Source of the DNA: Centroscyllium fabricii
Lineage: Eukaryota
DNA length: 64,000 nucleotides
Direction of reading: 5' to 3'
NCBI GenBank assembly: GCA_051313645.2
Contig: JBNRSN020000003.1
Location: 78,492,001 to 78,556,000 of the forward strand
Shown: positions 37,166-49,829 of the stretch, piece after piece
Numbering within the stretch: position 1 is the first letter of the stretch
Layout of the letters: each line of letters starts with the position of its first letter
Notes under the pieces: generated by a model
Told to the model about the DNA's origin: nothing
Seen by the model: the letters and a program-made list of their open reading frames with translations, nothing else
The model's database searches: none
Translations under genes and position numbers: made by a program

Positions 37166-38741
37166 ACCGGAAGTGCGGGAACCTGGTGGGGATTGGTTGG
37201 GGCGGGTTCCTGTCCCGCCTGGCCAAAGACCTGGGAACCCCACGCAATTTTCATTTAATTGAGTTGTTAAATCCCCACCTGCGGCAGCCGTTGGTAATTA
37301 AATCAATCGAGTCGGGGCTGCCGCGGGGATGGAGCAGTTTGATTGACAGTTCCCATGGAAACACTCCACTGTGACATCACAGTTGAGTGGAACCAATGGG
37401 AAAGGTCAAGTGCTGGTGACTGACAGGTGGGCGGGCGGGCGGGCTGCGAATTCTTGACAGCTCGGCACCCGCTGTGAGGACATGTGCAAAGCTGAGATTT
37501 CTCAGTTTTTGCCCACAGCTGGTAAACCCAGTAATCTGGCAGAGTGGATCGTCTGCCCAATTTTCATCCCGTTGATTTCAATGTAATGAAAATCGGGTGG
37601 CTTCTCTAACAGGCGGGCAATCCACTCTGCCTGATTAACATCCAGGCAGTGAAAAATAAAATTGACTCCACTGTCTCCCACCCTTGAATAGAAGTTACTT
37701 GCCAGAAAGGTTTCCAAGCTCAGAGACCCAGTGGCAGCCAGTCAACTCAAAAGTGGCCAATGGTCTTCTAAATTCCAAGGGGGAACGGGGCACAAAGCAA
37801 CTCGAGCCTGGGCAGGGCGCCGCCAATGCCTCCCGCAAAATTTAGTGGGAGGTTAGTGGCAGCGGTAACGGTTATTGCCCCACAGCGCTGCGCCTCCGGC
37901 GACTACGTCATCGCTGTGCGCAGCGCCCCGGCCGCGATCTTCAGTAGCGCACCCTGACTTACCGCCGGACGCTATGTCTGACAGGGTATGGGGGGGGGCT
38001 AACCTGCGGCCGGGGCGGCGCAAATTAAAGGGGAGGTGCCGGACAGCCATTTTTGTTGCTGGCCGCCTGCCACCACCTGCCCTTGTTGCTGTCCCTGGCC
38101 TTCTCTTGAGTGCCGCGCACTTTTGCCGGCACTCCGATCCCTGGTGGCCCAGGAAGTTCAAGAATGTCAGCTTGGTTTTCCATAACCAGTCTGCTTGCAT
38201 TGCCGAGGCAATCAATGGGAGGGATTGTACTTTCTACCTCTCAGGTCTTTCTTGCTGCTTGCCATAATTAGGAACTGCTAGCATCTAACAAGAAATGTGT
38301 GCTAGGAATGATCCCTTCAGAAGATAATGGCCCAGAAATTAGCTTTGGAGCCTTCGTGCGAGTGCAGGGCTCCTAGTTACACTTACCCTGCACTTTTGCC
38401 GTTTTGAAATTTTACGCTGTGAACTCCCGAGTTGTACAGCAGCTTCAGGCTCTATGCGACCTGCTGGTGCAACTCAATGGCGAAATTAGTTCGAGATATT
38501 GCACGAGACCACGTGATCGGCAGGGAGCCAATCAATGGAAGCAATCCTCATTCAAAACTTACACGGAGAAATTTGTGTAACATTTGAATTGCAAGAGCTT
38601 CAAAAACACATCTAAACACAAAAATAAAATTTAAAAAACACCACTTTTTTTAACAATACTCTAACATACATAAATTACCTATTTTAAAGAAAAAATTAAA
38701 ATTTAGACATTTTTTTTTAGAGTCTTTAACTGGCCTAAAGG

Positions 38742-39215
38742 AATGGCAGGAATGACCTATGAGGAGAGACTATGTAGTTTGGGGATGTACACACTGGAGT
38801 TTAGAAGATTGAGAGGGGATCTCATAGAAACATATAAAATTCTGACAGGCCTAGACAGACTAGATGCAGAAGGAATGTTTCCGATGGCAGGAGAGTATAG
38901 AACTAGGGGACACAGTTTAAGGATAAGGGCTAAACCATTTAGGACAGAGATGAGGAGGAATTTCTTCACCCAGAGAGTGGTGAACCTGTGGAACTCACTG
39001 CCACAGAGGGCAGTGGACGCCAGCTCATTAAACATATTTAAGAGGGAATTAGATATATTTCTGCAGGCAAAAGGGGTTAAAGGTTACGGAGAGAAGGCAG
39101 GGACGGGATACTGAACTGAAGGATCAGCCATGATCTCATTGAATGGCGGAGCAGGCTCGAAGGGCCGAATGGCCTACTCCTGCTCCTATCATCTATGTAT
39201 CTATGTATCTATGTA
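38742..39215 (+). mobile_element. CR1 3' fragment
   Basis: MTYEERL..RRLRGDLIETYKIL..FFTQRVVNLWNSLP; (ATCTATGT)n tail. Confidence 0.92.
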
Positions 39216-40098
39216 TACTTACCTGTCTTTAAAGTTTAAAAAAATTAAAAACCTGTAAAAACAATACTTAAAATCTATAAAATAAAGACTTAGCTGCTAA
39301 AAATGGGTGCTTACGTCTGATATTTTCAAGTGTTAAAATCTTCCATACTTACCCTGATAAAAAAGTCGGGGGAAAAACGGAAGTCCTCTGCGCACTTCCT
39401 GGCGCGCAGGCGAATGCGATCCATCTCGCAGCAGCTGTCCCCCCCCACCCCCGCTGGATGCCTTCGGAATGGCAGGGAGCAGCTGGAAACGGCTGCTCCC
39501 TGCGATTCGGAGCTCGGGTGCACTAACACCCGGCTCCAAAACCTCCTGCGATGATCGGAAGTATTGGCCCGATAAGTTAGATCATGTCCCACAGCTGCAC
39601 TCTGCAAGCACTTGCCATTTTGCAGAAGTGCCTCTGATTTTCATAATCCCAAATGAAAGTCATCAGGTGATAGAGGTAAGGTTAGGGTTAGAGTTCTGAA
39701 ACTGCACTATCGCATCTGCATACAGGAATATTTTGTACTCTTTACAGTTTAACCATAAGCTTTGGATGGAGAAACCTATCCTTGTGGCAACTGCTAGGAG
39801 ATCAAAGTCATTACAAACGGTAACAGAGGAAAGTAGGTATTCTTGCCATGTGCTCTTATAGCCAACTTAAACAAAGAGCAAATGGTACCACACAATGCGA
39901 TTGAAGCTAGAAGTGCCTTGTACATAAGAACATAAGAAATAAGAGCAGTAGTCCATACAGTCCCTGGAGCCTGCTCCGCCATTCAATAAGATTATGGCTG
40001 ATCATCGACCTCAGCTCCACTTTCCCGCCCGATCTCCATATCCCTTGATTCACCTAGAGTCTAAAAATCTATCGATCTCAGCCTTGAATATACTCAAA

Positions 40099-40862
40099 GG
40101 GCTGGATTTTACCAAGCCTGAGGAGGCAGGTTTGGAGGTGGGACTGCTGGGAAAATGGGAAAAATTGGGAGTGGGTCCCAACCCCACTCCCAAGCCGCCT
40201 CCGAATCATCTTCCTGGGAGGTGGGAAGGGGATTAGAGCCAGTTAACAGGCAGTTTGCAGGATTTTCCCCATTTTACGCCTGCAATTGCGGACTTCCTGA
40301 TGGTTGCGAACCTTGCCTGGGTCAGCAAGATGAGCAATGGGTCTGCAGGGGTGACAGGGGTCGAAATGTCAGCTGTAGAGGCGAGTGATGGGTGCAAGTG
40401 TGGACAGGTAAGTATGAGAGGTGAGTGTAAAGTGTTGGAAACTTTTTCCTTATCTTTGTTTCTTTCTGCAGGCTTCAACCCTTGGGGATCTGGAGGTGCC
40501 TCATCTCAACGGCAGAGATGACAGAATGGCTGCTGCATTCTCAGATGCTGCAGCCGTCTGTTTTCTGCTGAGGAGAGAGGTCTTGGTGAGCCTTCTGTGC
40601 AAGGGCTCACCTTTGAACAGAGGTTGTCAGTGTTTGACAGCTTCTCAAAGCTGTCAAGCGCTGACAATTCATCTGTCAAAACATTTTCAACAGAAAAAAC
40701 GTCATACGCTGACATCATCCGTCACCTGCTTTCCCTTAATTGGTCGGGGCGGGGTTAAAAAGTCCTATTAAGGGAAAATAGCGTGGGTTGGTCAGATGTC
40801 GCTGGGGATGGGACTGAAACCCGGAAACCAGAAGTCTCGTCTCCAGAGGTAAGATTGCAGCC
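40099..40862. mobile_element. Non-autonomous Harbinger-like element
   Basis: TIRs gggctggattttacc / ggtaagattgcagcc; AAA on both sides; CR1 flanks rejoin (atactcaaa|gactcagc). Confidence 0.7.
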
Positions 40863-41582
40863 AAAGACTCAGCATGCACTTTCCTCTGGGGCAGAGAATT
40901 CTAAAGATTCACAACCCTCTGAGTGAAGAAATTACCCCTCATCCAAGTCTTAAATGGCTGACCCCTTATCCTGAGACTATGCCCCCTAGTTCTAGACACT
41001 CCAGCCAGGTGAAACAACCTCTCGGCATCTACCCTGTCAATTCCCTTCAGAATCTTGTATGTTTCAATGACATCACCTCTCATTCTTCTAAACGCCAGAG
41101 AGTATAGGCCCATTCTACACAATCGCTCATCATAGGACAGCCCGCTCATCCCAGGAATCAATCTAGTGAACCTTTGTTGCACCGCCTACAAGGCAAGTAT
41201 ATCCTTCCTTAGATAAGGAGACCAAAACTGTGCGCAGTACACCAGGTGTGGTCTCACCAAGGCTCTGTACAATTGTAGCAAGACTTCCTTATTCTTATAC
41301 TCCAACCCCCTTGCAATAAAGGCCAACATGCCATTTGCCTTCCTTATTGCTTGCTGTACCTACATGTTAACTTTCTGTGTTTCTTGCATGAGGACACCCA
41401 AATCTCTCTGAACACCAACATTTGAAAGCTTCTCACCATTTAAAAAATATTCTGTTTTTCTATTCTTCCTACCAAAGTGAATAACCTCACATTTCCCCAC
41501 ATTATACTCCATCTTTTTTTTTTTTATTCATTGATGGGATGTGATGTCGCTGGCTGGCTAGGCCTGCATTTAGTGCCCATCC

Positions 41583-44481
41583 CTAATTGCCCTTGAGAAG
41601 ATGGTGGTGAGCCACCTTCTTGAACCGCTGCAGTCCATATGGTGTAGGTACACCCACAATGTTGTTAGGAAGGGAGTTCCAGGATTTTGGCCCAGCGACA
41701 GTGAAGGAGCGGCGATACAGGTCCAAGTCAGGATGGTGTGTGGCTTGGAAGGGAACTTGTAGGTGGTGCTGTTCCCATGCGTCTGCTGCCCTTGTCCTTC
41801 TAAGTGGTAGAGGTCGCGGGTTTGGAAGGTGCTGTTGAAGGAGCGTTGGCGAGTTGCTGCAGTGCATCTTGTAGATGGTACACACTGCAGCCACAGTGCG
41901 CCGGTGGTGGAGGGAGTGAATGTTGAAGGTGGTGGATGGAGTGCCAATCAAGCGGCCTGCTTTATCCTGAATGGTGTCGAGCTTCTTGCGTGTTGTTGGA
42001 GCTGCACTCATCCAGGCAAGTGGAGAGTATTCCATCACACTCCTGACTTGTGCCTTGTAGATGGTGGAAAGGCTTTGGGGAGTCAGGAGGTGAGACACCC
42101 GCCGCAGAATTCCCAGCCACAGTATTTATATGGCTGGTCCAGTTCAGTTTCCGATCAATGGTAACCCCCAGGATGTTGATAGTGGGGGATTCAGCGATGA
42201 TAATGCCATTGAATGTCATGGGGAGATGGTTAGAGTCTCGTTTGTTGGAGATGGTCATTGCCTGGCACTTGTGTGGTGCGAATGTTACTTGCCACTTGTC
42301 AGCCTAAGTCTGAATGTTGTCCAGGTCTTGCTGCATATTTACACGGACTGCGTCAGTATCGGACGAGTCTCGAATGGTGCTGAACAGTGTGCAATCATCA
42401 GCGAACATCCCCACTTCTGACCTTATGATGGAGGGAAGGTCATTGATGAAACAGCTGAAGATGGTTGGGCCTAGGACACTGCCCTGAGGAACTCCTGCAG
42501 TGATGTCCTGTGGTTGAGATGAATGACCTCCAACAACCACAGCCAACTTCCTTTGTGCTAGGTATGATTCCAACCAATGGAGAGTTTTCCCCTTGATTCC
42601 CATTGACTTCAGCTTTGCCAGGGCTCCTTGATGCCACACTCGATCAAATGCTGCCTTGATGTCAAGGGCAGTCACTCTCACCTCACCTCTTGAGTTCAGC
42701 TCTTTTGTCCATGTTTGGACTTAGGCTGTGATGAGGTCAGGAGCTGAGTGGCCCTGGCAGAACCCAAACTGGGCGTCAGTTAGCAGGTTATTGCTGAGTA
42801 AGTGCCGCTTGATAGCACTGTCGACGACACCTTCCATCACTTTTCTGATGATTGAGAGTAGATTGATGGGACGGTAATTGGCTGGGTCGGATTTGTCCTG
42901 CTTTTTGTAGACAGGACATACTTGGGCAATTTTCCACATTGCTGGGTAGATGCCAGTGTTGTAGCTGTACTGGAACAGCTTGGCTAGGGGCGCAGCTAGT
43001 TCTGGAGCACAAGTCTTCAGTACTATTGCCGGAATGTTGTCAGGGCCCATAGCCTTTGCAGTATCCAGTGTCTTCAGCCGTTTCTTGACATCACGTGGAG
43101 TGAATTGAATGGGCTGAAGACTGGCATCTGTGATGCTGGGGACCTCAGGAGGAGGCTGAGATGGATCATCCACTCGGCATTTCTGGCTGAAGATAGTTGC
43201 AAATGCTTCAGCCTTGTCTTTTGCACTCACGTGCTGGGCTCCACCATCGTTGAGGATGGGGATATTTTTGGAGCCTCCTCCTCCTGTTAACTGTTTAATA
43301 GTCCACCACCACTCACGACTTGATGTGGCAGGACTACAGAGCTTTGATTTGATCCGATGGTTGTGAGATCGCTTAGCTCTGTCTATCGCATGTTGCTTCT
43401 GTTGTTTGGCATGCAAGTAGTCCTGTGTTGTAGCCTCGCCAGGTTGACACCTCATTTTTCGGTATGCCTGGTGCTGTTCCCGGCATGCTCTCCTGCACTC
43501 TTCGTTAAACCAGGGTTGATCTCCCGGCTTGATGGTAATGGTAGAATGAGGGATATGCCGGGCCATGAGGTCACAGATTGTGGTTGAATACAATTCTGCT
43601 GCTGCTGATGGCCCACAGCGCCTCATGGATGCCCAGTTTTGAGTTGCCAGATCTGTTCGAAATCTGTCCCATTTAGCACAGTGGTAGTGCCACACAACAC
43701 GGTGGAGGGTATCCTCAACATGAAGACGGGACTTCGTCTCCACAAGGACTGTGCGGTGGTCACTTCCACCAATGCTGTCATGGACAGATGCATCTGCAAC
43801 AGGTAGATTGGTGAGGACGAGATCAAGTAGGTTTTTCCCTCTTGTTGGTTCCCTCACCACCTGTCGCAGACCCAGTCTGGCTGCTATGTCCTTTAGGACT
43901 CGGCCAGCTCGGTCAGTTGTGGTGCTATCGAGCCACTCTTGGTGATGGACATTGAAGTCCCCCACCCAGAGGATATTTTGTGCCCTTGCTACTCTCAGTG
44001 CTTCTTCCAATTGATGTTCAACATGGAGGAGTACTGATTCATCAGCTGAGGGAGGGCGGTAGGTGGTAATTAGTAGGAGGTTTCCTTGCCCATGTTTGAC
44101 TTGATGCCATGAGACCTCATGAGGTCCTGAGTCAATGTTGAGGACTCCCAGGGCTATTCCCTCCCGACTGTATACCACAGTGCCACCACCTCTGGTGGGT
44201 CTGTCCTGCCGGTGGGACAGGACATACCCAGGAATGGTGATGCTGGTGTCTGGGACATTGGCTGTAAGGTATGATTCTGTGAGTATGACTATGTCAGGCT
44301 GTTGCTTGACTAGTCTGTGGGACAGCTCTCCCAATTTTGGCACAAGTCCCCAGATGTTTGTGAGGAGGACTTTGCAGGGTCGACAGGGCCGGGTTTGCCG
44401 TTGACGTTGTCGTTTCCGGTGCCAAGGTCGATGCCGGGTGGTCCGTCCGGTTTTATTCTTATTGGTTTTCGTAGCGGTTGA
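41583..44481 (-). pseudogene. APE endonuclease-reverse transcriptase ORF with few lesions (stops at ~42721 and ~42304, deletion/frameshift at ~42115)
   Basis: KVLLTNIWGL, ILTES, YRPP, GDFN, LDLVLTN, SDH; [60 protein letters not shown]. Confidence 0.9.
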
Positions 44482-44727
44482 TTACAACTGAGTGGCTTGC
44501 TAGGCCATTTCAGAGGGCATTAAGAGTCAACCACATTGCTGTGGGTCTGGAGTCACATGTAGGCCAGACCAGGTAAGGACGGCAGATTTCCTTCCCTAAA
44601 GGACATTAGTGAACCAGATGGGTTTTTGCAACAATCGACAATGTTATCATGGTCGCCATTACTAAGACTAACATTTAATTCCAGAATTAAATTGAATTGA
44701 ATTTAAATTCCACCAGCTGCCGTGGTG

Positions 44728-44798
44728 GGATTTGAACCCATATCCTCAGAGCATTTGACTGAGCCTCTGGCTAGTCTAGTGATATAACCACTACGCCA
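44728..44798 (-). promoter_or_regulatory. Internal Pol III type-2 promoter (A-box and B-box) at the LINE 5' end
   Basis: A-box TGGCGTAGTGG (44798-44788); B-box GGTTCAAATCC (44738-44728); same boxes in the SINE copy at ~12814-12889. Confidence 0.75.
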
Positions 44799-46259
44799 CC
44801 GCCACCTTACTCACTTAGTCTATCGATATCCCTTTGCAGACTCTGTGTTCTTCTCACAGCTTACTATCCAACTTAGCTTTGTATCATCAGCAAACTTGGA
44901 TATATTACACGCGGTCCCTTCATCTAGGTCATTAATATAGATTGTAAATAACTGAGGCCCCAACACTGATCCTTGCGGCACTCAACTAGTTGCAGCCTGC
45001 CAACCTGAAAAAGATCAGTTTATCCCTATTCTCTGTTTTCTGTCCGTTAACCAATTCTCTATCCATGCTACTATATTACCCCCAACCCCGTGAGCCCAAA
45101 TCTTGTGTATTAACCTCTTATGTGGCACCTTATCGAATGCCTTTTGGAAATCCAAATATACAACATCCACTGGTTCCCCTTTATCTACCCTGCTAGTTGC
45201 ATCCTTAAAAAACTCTTAAGAAATTTATCAAACACGATTTCCCTTTCATAAAACCATGTTGACTCTGCCTAATCATGTTATGATTTTCTAAGTGCCCTGA
45301 TACCACTTCCTTAACAATGGATTGCAGCATTTTGCCAACGACTGATGTCAGGCTAACTGGCCTGTAGTTGCCTGTTTTTTCTCTCCCTTCTTTCTTGAAT
45401 AGCGGTGTTACATTTTCGACCTTCCAATCTGGCGGGACCATTCTAGAAGCTAGGGAATTTTGGAAGATCAGAACCAATGCATCCACTATCTCTTCAGCCA
45501 CCTCTTTTAGAACCCTAGGATGTGGGCCATCAGGTCCAGGGGATTTGTCGGCTTTTAGTCCCATTAATTTCTCTAGTGCTTTTTCTCTACTTACATTAAT
45601 TACGTTAAGTTCCTCACCCCCATTAGACCCTTGGTTCCCCATCATTTTTGGTATGCTTTTTGTGTCTTCTACTGTTAAGACAGAAACAAAATATTATTTA
45701 ACGTTTCAGCCATTTCCTTATTCCCCATAATAATTTCTCCTGTCTCAGCCTCTAAGGGACCAACGTTTACTTTTGCTACTCTCTTCCTTTTTACATACTT
45801 GTAGAAGCTCTTATAATCTGCTTTTATATTTCTTGCTAGTTCTCTCTCATTCAATTGTTTCCCTCATCATCAATTTTTTGGTTAACCTTTGCTGGTTTCT
45901 GAAACTCTCCCAATCCTCAGGCTTACTATTATTCTTTCCAACATTATAAGCTTCTTCTTTCAATTTAATGCTATCCTTAACTTCTTTAGTTAGCCACGGT
46001 TGGATCACATTTCCCATGGAGTTTTTGTTTCTCAATGGAATGTATTTTTGTTGAGAATTATGAAATATTTCTTTACAGTGCTCTTCTCTCAGGAAACTAG
46101 GGTTGAAGCTGAATTTCATCAGACTACACTGGTGCTTCCATTGGCTATATCAAAACGTCTTCTCTGCATTCAACCAATGGGCCATGGTGGGAAACTTATT
46201 ATTTAAAGAATCTGATGGGGTGTGTTGTGTAAGCTTCCTTAGGCTGGCAGAGAAGTAAC

Positions 46260-46620
46260 TGCCCTTTACAATGGTCTTCTACACCAAATAATATTTGGAA
46301 GGACTAATTCCATTCGATGCTCATGTATCGTCGGCAGTACTTTGTAATCAAAACTTATCAACAAGGTGGGCCGGTAACTAAAACAGTAAGGCCTTTCTCT
46401 GCTTTTTGAAATAAGAGTGCTCCTCAGTATTGTATGGAATTGAAAGTCTTTTAGTAGGAACTTTTTTTGGAATTCTATTGAACCCATATGATCCGGATAC
46501 TTATCTTTTGCATGTCTCTTCTTGCCCTTTACACCCGAGCTATGAGGTGTTCCAATTCATTAGAGATTTGTCCAGCATCGGAATCTTTTAAGCTGTAAAA
46601 AAAACTGCCATACCCAGCAG
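46260..46620 (-). mobile_element. Highly degenerate L1-like ORF2 fragment
   Basis: Weak similarity (IKY..G.., ELVLPNIIW, compare GLGLPN..YY). Confidence 0.35.
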
Positions 46621-46953
46621 CTCCTCCCTGATATTCTGATTGGTGCAGAAACCTGCGACATTCATAAACCATGGGTAAATTTTCCCTCAGGTGCGGGAAA
46701 TTGGTGGGTTTCTGCCGGGTCAGGTTTCTGACACGAATCCTAAAGGGCGGGGAGCCCCACGCAATTTTGGCTCAATTGGCCAATTGATTTCCAGTGTGTG
46801 GGAGGGAACCCTTGGCAAGTGAGTATTTCCAGTCAGAAAGTCGCACAATATGATGTCATCGTTGCTGGTGCATTTCAGGTCCACAGCAAGCCTTGCTTCT
46901 GCTGCAGACTGCCAACCATTTGCCCTTTCATGCCAGCGGGACCGGGAGGCTGA

Positions 46954-49160
46954 ATGACCATCGAGAGACCTAGGTCTGCTTCCAGGTTTGATGATGTGGC
47001 CCTGCAAGCTTTAGTTGAGGGAGCAAGAGCTCATAAAGAGGTGCTCTTCCCTTCTTCAGGGAGGAAGAGGTCTCCCCAGCAGGCTGTGTGGATCCAGGTG
47101 GCAGAGGAGGGCAACTCATTATCAGTACCCCTCAGAACCTGGATTCAGTGCACAAAGAGATTTCATGACCTTCTGTGCACTGGAAAAGTGAGGATGGAAT
47201 TCCCATCACCCTCAATCTGATCCCCAATGCCTTTCCTCACCAGCACTCAGCTTCAGCAATCTCTTCCTCCACATCCAACTTGACACTCGGGGGGATTTTC
47301 GGGGGGCTGTGAGTGCGGGGTTCCGGCGGGGCAGGGGGTAAAATCGCAAATCCGGCAGGCGGGAAGCCACCCCGCCGGACTCCCGCCGATTTCAGATTTT
47401 CCTCGGGCGGGTTTTGCTGCCCTGAATGTTTCCCGCCAGCCGCCGGCGGGGATGCAGATTGAGGTCGTTGAGGGCCCTTAATTGCCTGGGTAATCCTATT
47501 TTAAGGGCCCTCAGCTATTTTAACCCTCTTTCCACCCAAAGTCGGCTGGGTGTCTGCCACCATCAAGGCATGGGCACAGTAGGCACACAGCAGCTTGCTA
47601 GCCTCCACCATGCTGGAGGTGCAGCTGCCACCCAAGGGTGCAAAAATGCAGTGCCCCAAAAAATAGAAATCACTAACCTTTAAATCCCTGCCACTCATAC
47701 AGATCGGGCTGCGGAGCTGTCTGTGTGAGCCAAACTGTCAATCACCCAGGGGATCAGTTTCTGTTTACATTCCATTGAAACCACAAACAAACAGTGAGTC
47801 AGTTCAAGTGTTTGCTTTGTGGTTTCAATGTTCCCTTTCAGACTCTGACATCACAAAGGCTGTGTTAACATGGAAAGAAAGGAACCACTTGAGAACTGTC
47901 AATCAGGCTTAGTGGTTTCTTACTACTGAAACTGTTCAGGCCTGTCAATCAACAGCCCGCCCCACTCAATCTGTGAATGGAAAATGCTGCGTTCCAGACT
48001 CAATAGTGTATATTGCAAGCCCAGCAGACCGGCGGGGATTTATTTGGCCACTTGAGCCAAAATCGTTCGGGCCTCCCAGGTCCTTGGGCGGGCGGGACAT
48101 AAAGCTGACCCGCCCATAACCCGACAGCTTCGCACACCTTTGCAAAAATCCCCCCCCACAAACATCCATGCACCCTTACTCATTCCCTCTCTCTATGCTC
48201 ACATTCACATAACTATTCCACCATGCAGCCCTCACACTCCCCACCACTCTGATGCTTTGAACACAACTGACAACACATATGGAGGGCCCTTGGTCTTGTC
48301 ACCTCACTCCATCTTTGTTTCCTTCTAAGTATCTATGCTATAGATCTCTACACTCACTCCTTCATTCTCAGCCAACCTCCACTTGTCTCCCTCATTGCAG
48401 GAAAAGAGAGCTCACAATAAATGAGAAAGAGCGAGGACAGGAGGGCCACCCTCACTAGCCCACCTCACCCCCTGGGAGGAAGCGGTCCTGAAGATCGGAG
48501 GAGTGGAGGAAGAAGCGCAATTGGGGGACGGGTGCATCACAGCAAGCTGGTGACAGATTAGTTCTCGATCTCTCTCATTGACATTGCATGAGTCGCTGAT
48601 AATGATTCTGAAGTTCCAAGAGATGGACTTATGATCATCTGCAATATGGATGTAACCTTGGCATCACATCTGACTCTTTCCTTTACTCCCCCACAGGACC
48701 ATCACAAGCAGCCATCCCCACGAGACAGGAGGAACAGCCTGAGCATCCGGACTCCTCAGAGGAAGCTGCAAACTCTGAGGGCGCAGCATCAGCAGAATTC
48801 AGCGCACCCAGCACCAGCGCAGACACTCACACCTCGGGGGGACCTTCGGGACATAGAGTAGTTTTGTCACCTGGTGTCTCACAGCTCACAAATGAGCATC
48901 AGCAGATTGTGGAGACAGGGGCAACAGTGGAGAGCCCTAGTCGGAGGGCGCAGGACTCTGCCAGCTGGGCTCAGCTGCATGTTGACCCTCTGCCTCTGGG
49001 TCCATCCATAAGATCGGCGGTGCTGGAACTCCAGGAACAGATGCAGGAGTGGGTGGGTGAGCAGTTGCCTGGCGCTCCTGTTGCTGCTGCTGTTGTTGTT
49101 CCTGGTTCTGCTGGTGCTGCGGCTGGTGTGGGAGCTCATCTAATGCCCAGAAAGGAATGA
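46954..49160 (+). pseudogene. Myb_DNA-bind_5/NAIF1-like gene remnant; exons ~46954-47187, 48401-48549, 48697-~49160
   Basis: RSASRFDDVALQALVEGARAHKEVLFPSSGRKR..WIQVAEE..RTWIQCTKRFHDL | EKRAHNK*ERARTGGPPSLAHLTPWEEAVLKIGG; canonical GT/AG sites; in-frame stop. Confidence 0.7.
47289..48157. mobile_element. Non-autonomous Harbinger-like element nested in intron 1 of the Myb remnant
   Basis: Ends ggggggattttc / aaaaatccccccc; related to 35854-36588. Confidence 0.65.
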
Positions 49161-49829
49161 AATAAATGGCTTCCACGCTTCTGGCATATGCCTCTGCTGA
49201 GGAAGTGCTGAGTGAATCTGCAGAGAGGAGTTGCCCAGGAGTTCACACTGGAGATGTGTGTGAGGCTCCAACCTTCTACAGGTGTGCTTAAGACTTCTAA
49301 AAGTTGCCCCAATCCTGAAAAAATAAGGTCCTGCCACCTGCATATGATGGCTGATTCAATCTCATACTTTATGATGGACTTGCAACTGAGAGTCAGCAAG
49401 CCGAATGTGTCCCCGCTAGGTTTCAGCGGCGGGGTTTCCAGCTGGCGGGTTTTGTGTGGGAAAAGGCTGAAAATTGCAAGGGCCCCTTAAAATGGCAAAG
49501 TAGATGCCAATTAAGGATGATTAAGGTGCCTAAAGACCATTTCTGCCGGTCGTGGGCGGGAAACATTCGAGTCGACCAGACACGGCAGGGGAAAATCGCA
49601 AGGTGTCGGGAAACCGGCGGGAGAGGTCGCGACCCCCCGGGTTTGCAATTTTGCGGCCCGCCCCGCCGAAAAGCCCGCCTGATGGCTCAAGGAAAATTGA
49701 CCCCCTGCTGTTCAATATTAATGGGGTCTGTCTGCATCACCCTTGCCCTGGTCTTAATCAACGGGACTGTTGCAGTTGCTTCAGTTTGTTTCATCTGCCT
49801 AGTTATTAATTTTTCTGCTCCCTGGGTGT

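Larger units (their letters stand above)
41514..44803 (-). mobile_element. Near full-length single-ORF APE-RT non-LTR retrotransposon (CR1/L2-group-like) with tRNA-derived 5' head
   Basis: 5' GGCGGTGGCGTAGTGG.., ~320-nt leader, APE + RT frame, short 3' UTR, poly(A) (T-run 41514-41525); no ORF1. Confidence 0.9.
39922..46075 (-). mobile_element. CR1 LINE (pieces 39922-40098, 40863-41513, 44807-46075) with nested insertions
   Basis: KSPGPDGPHPRVLKE..GNYRPVSLTS..QHGFMKGKSC; flanks rejoin across the inserts. Confidence 0.88.
46673..49703 (+). mobile_element. Harbinger-type element carrying a decayed three-exon Myb/SANT gene
   Basis: TIRs gggtaaattttccctcag / ctcaaggaaaattgaccc; no transposase visible; TSD unclear. 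Confidence 0.7.

Noticed and set aside
36686-39570. Further GC-rich Harbinger-like relics (36686-38210, 38329-39570)
   Set aside because: Probably of the same class, but I could not fix TIR pairs or TSDs confidently.
44728-44803. tRNA gene (also the heads at 11859, 12809, 16034, 19118, 30418, 30882)
   Set aside because: A/B boxes are present but continue into SINE/LINE bodies, with no full cloverleaf or T-run terminator.
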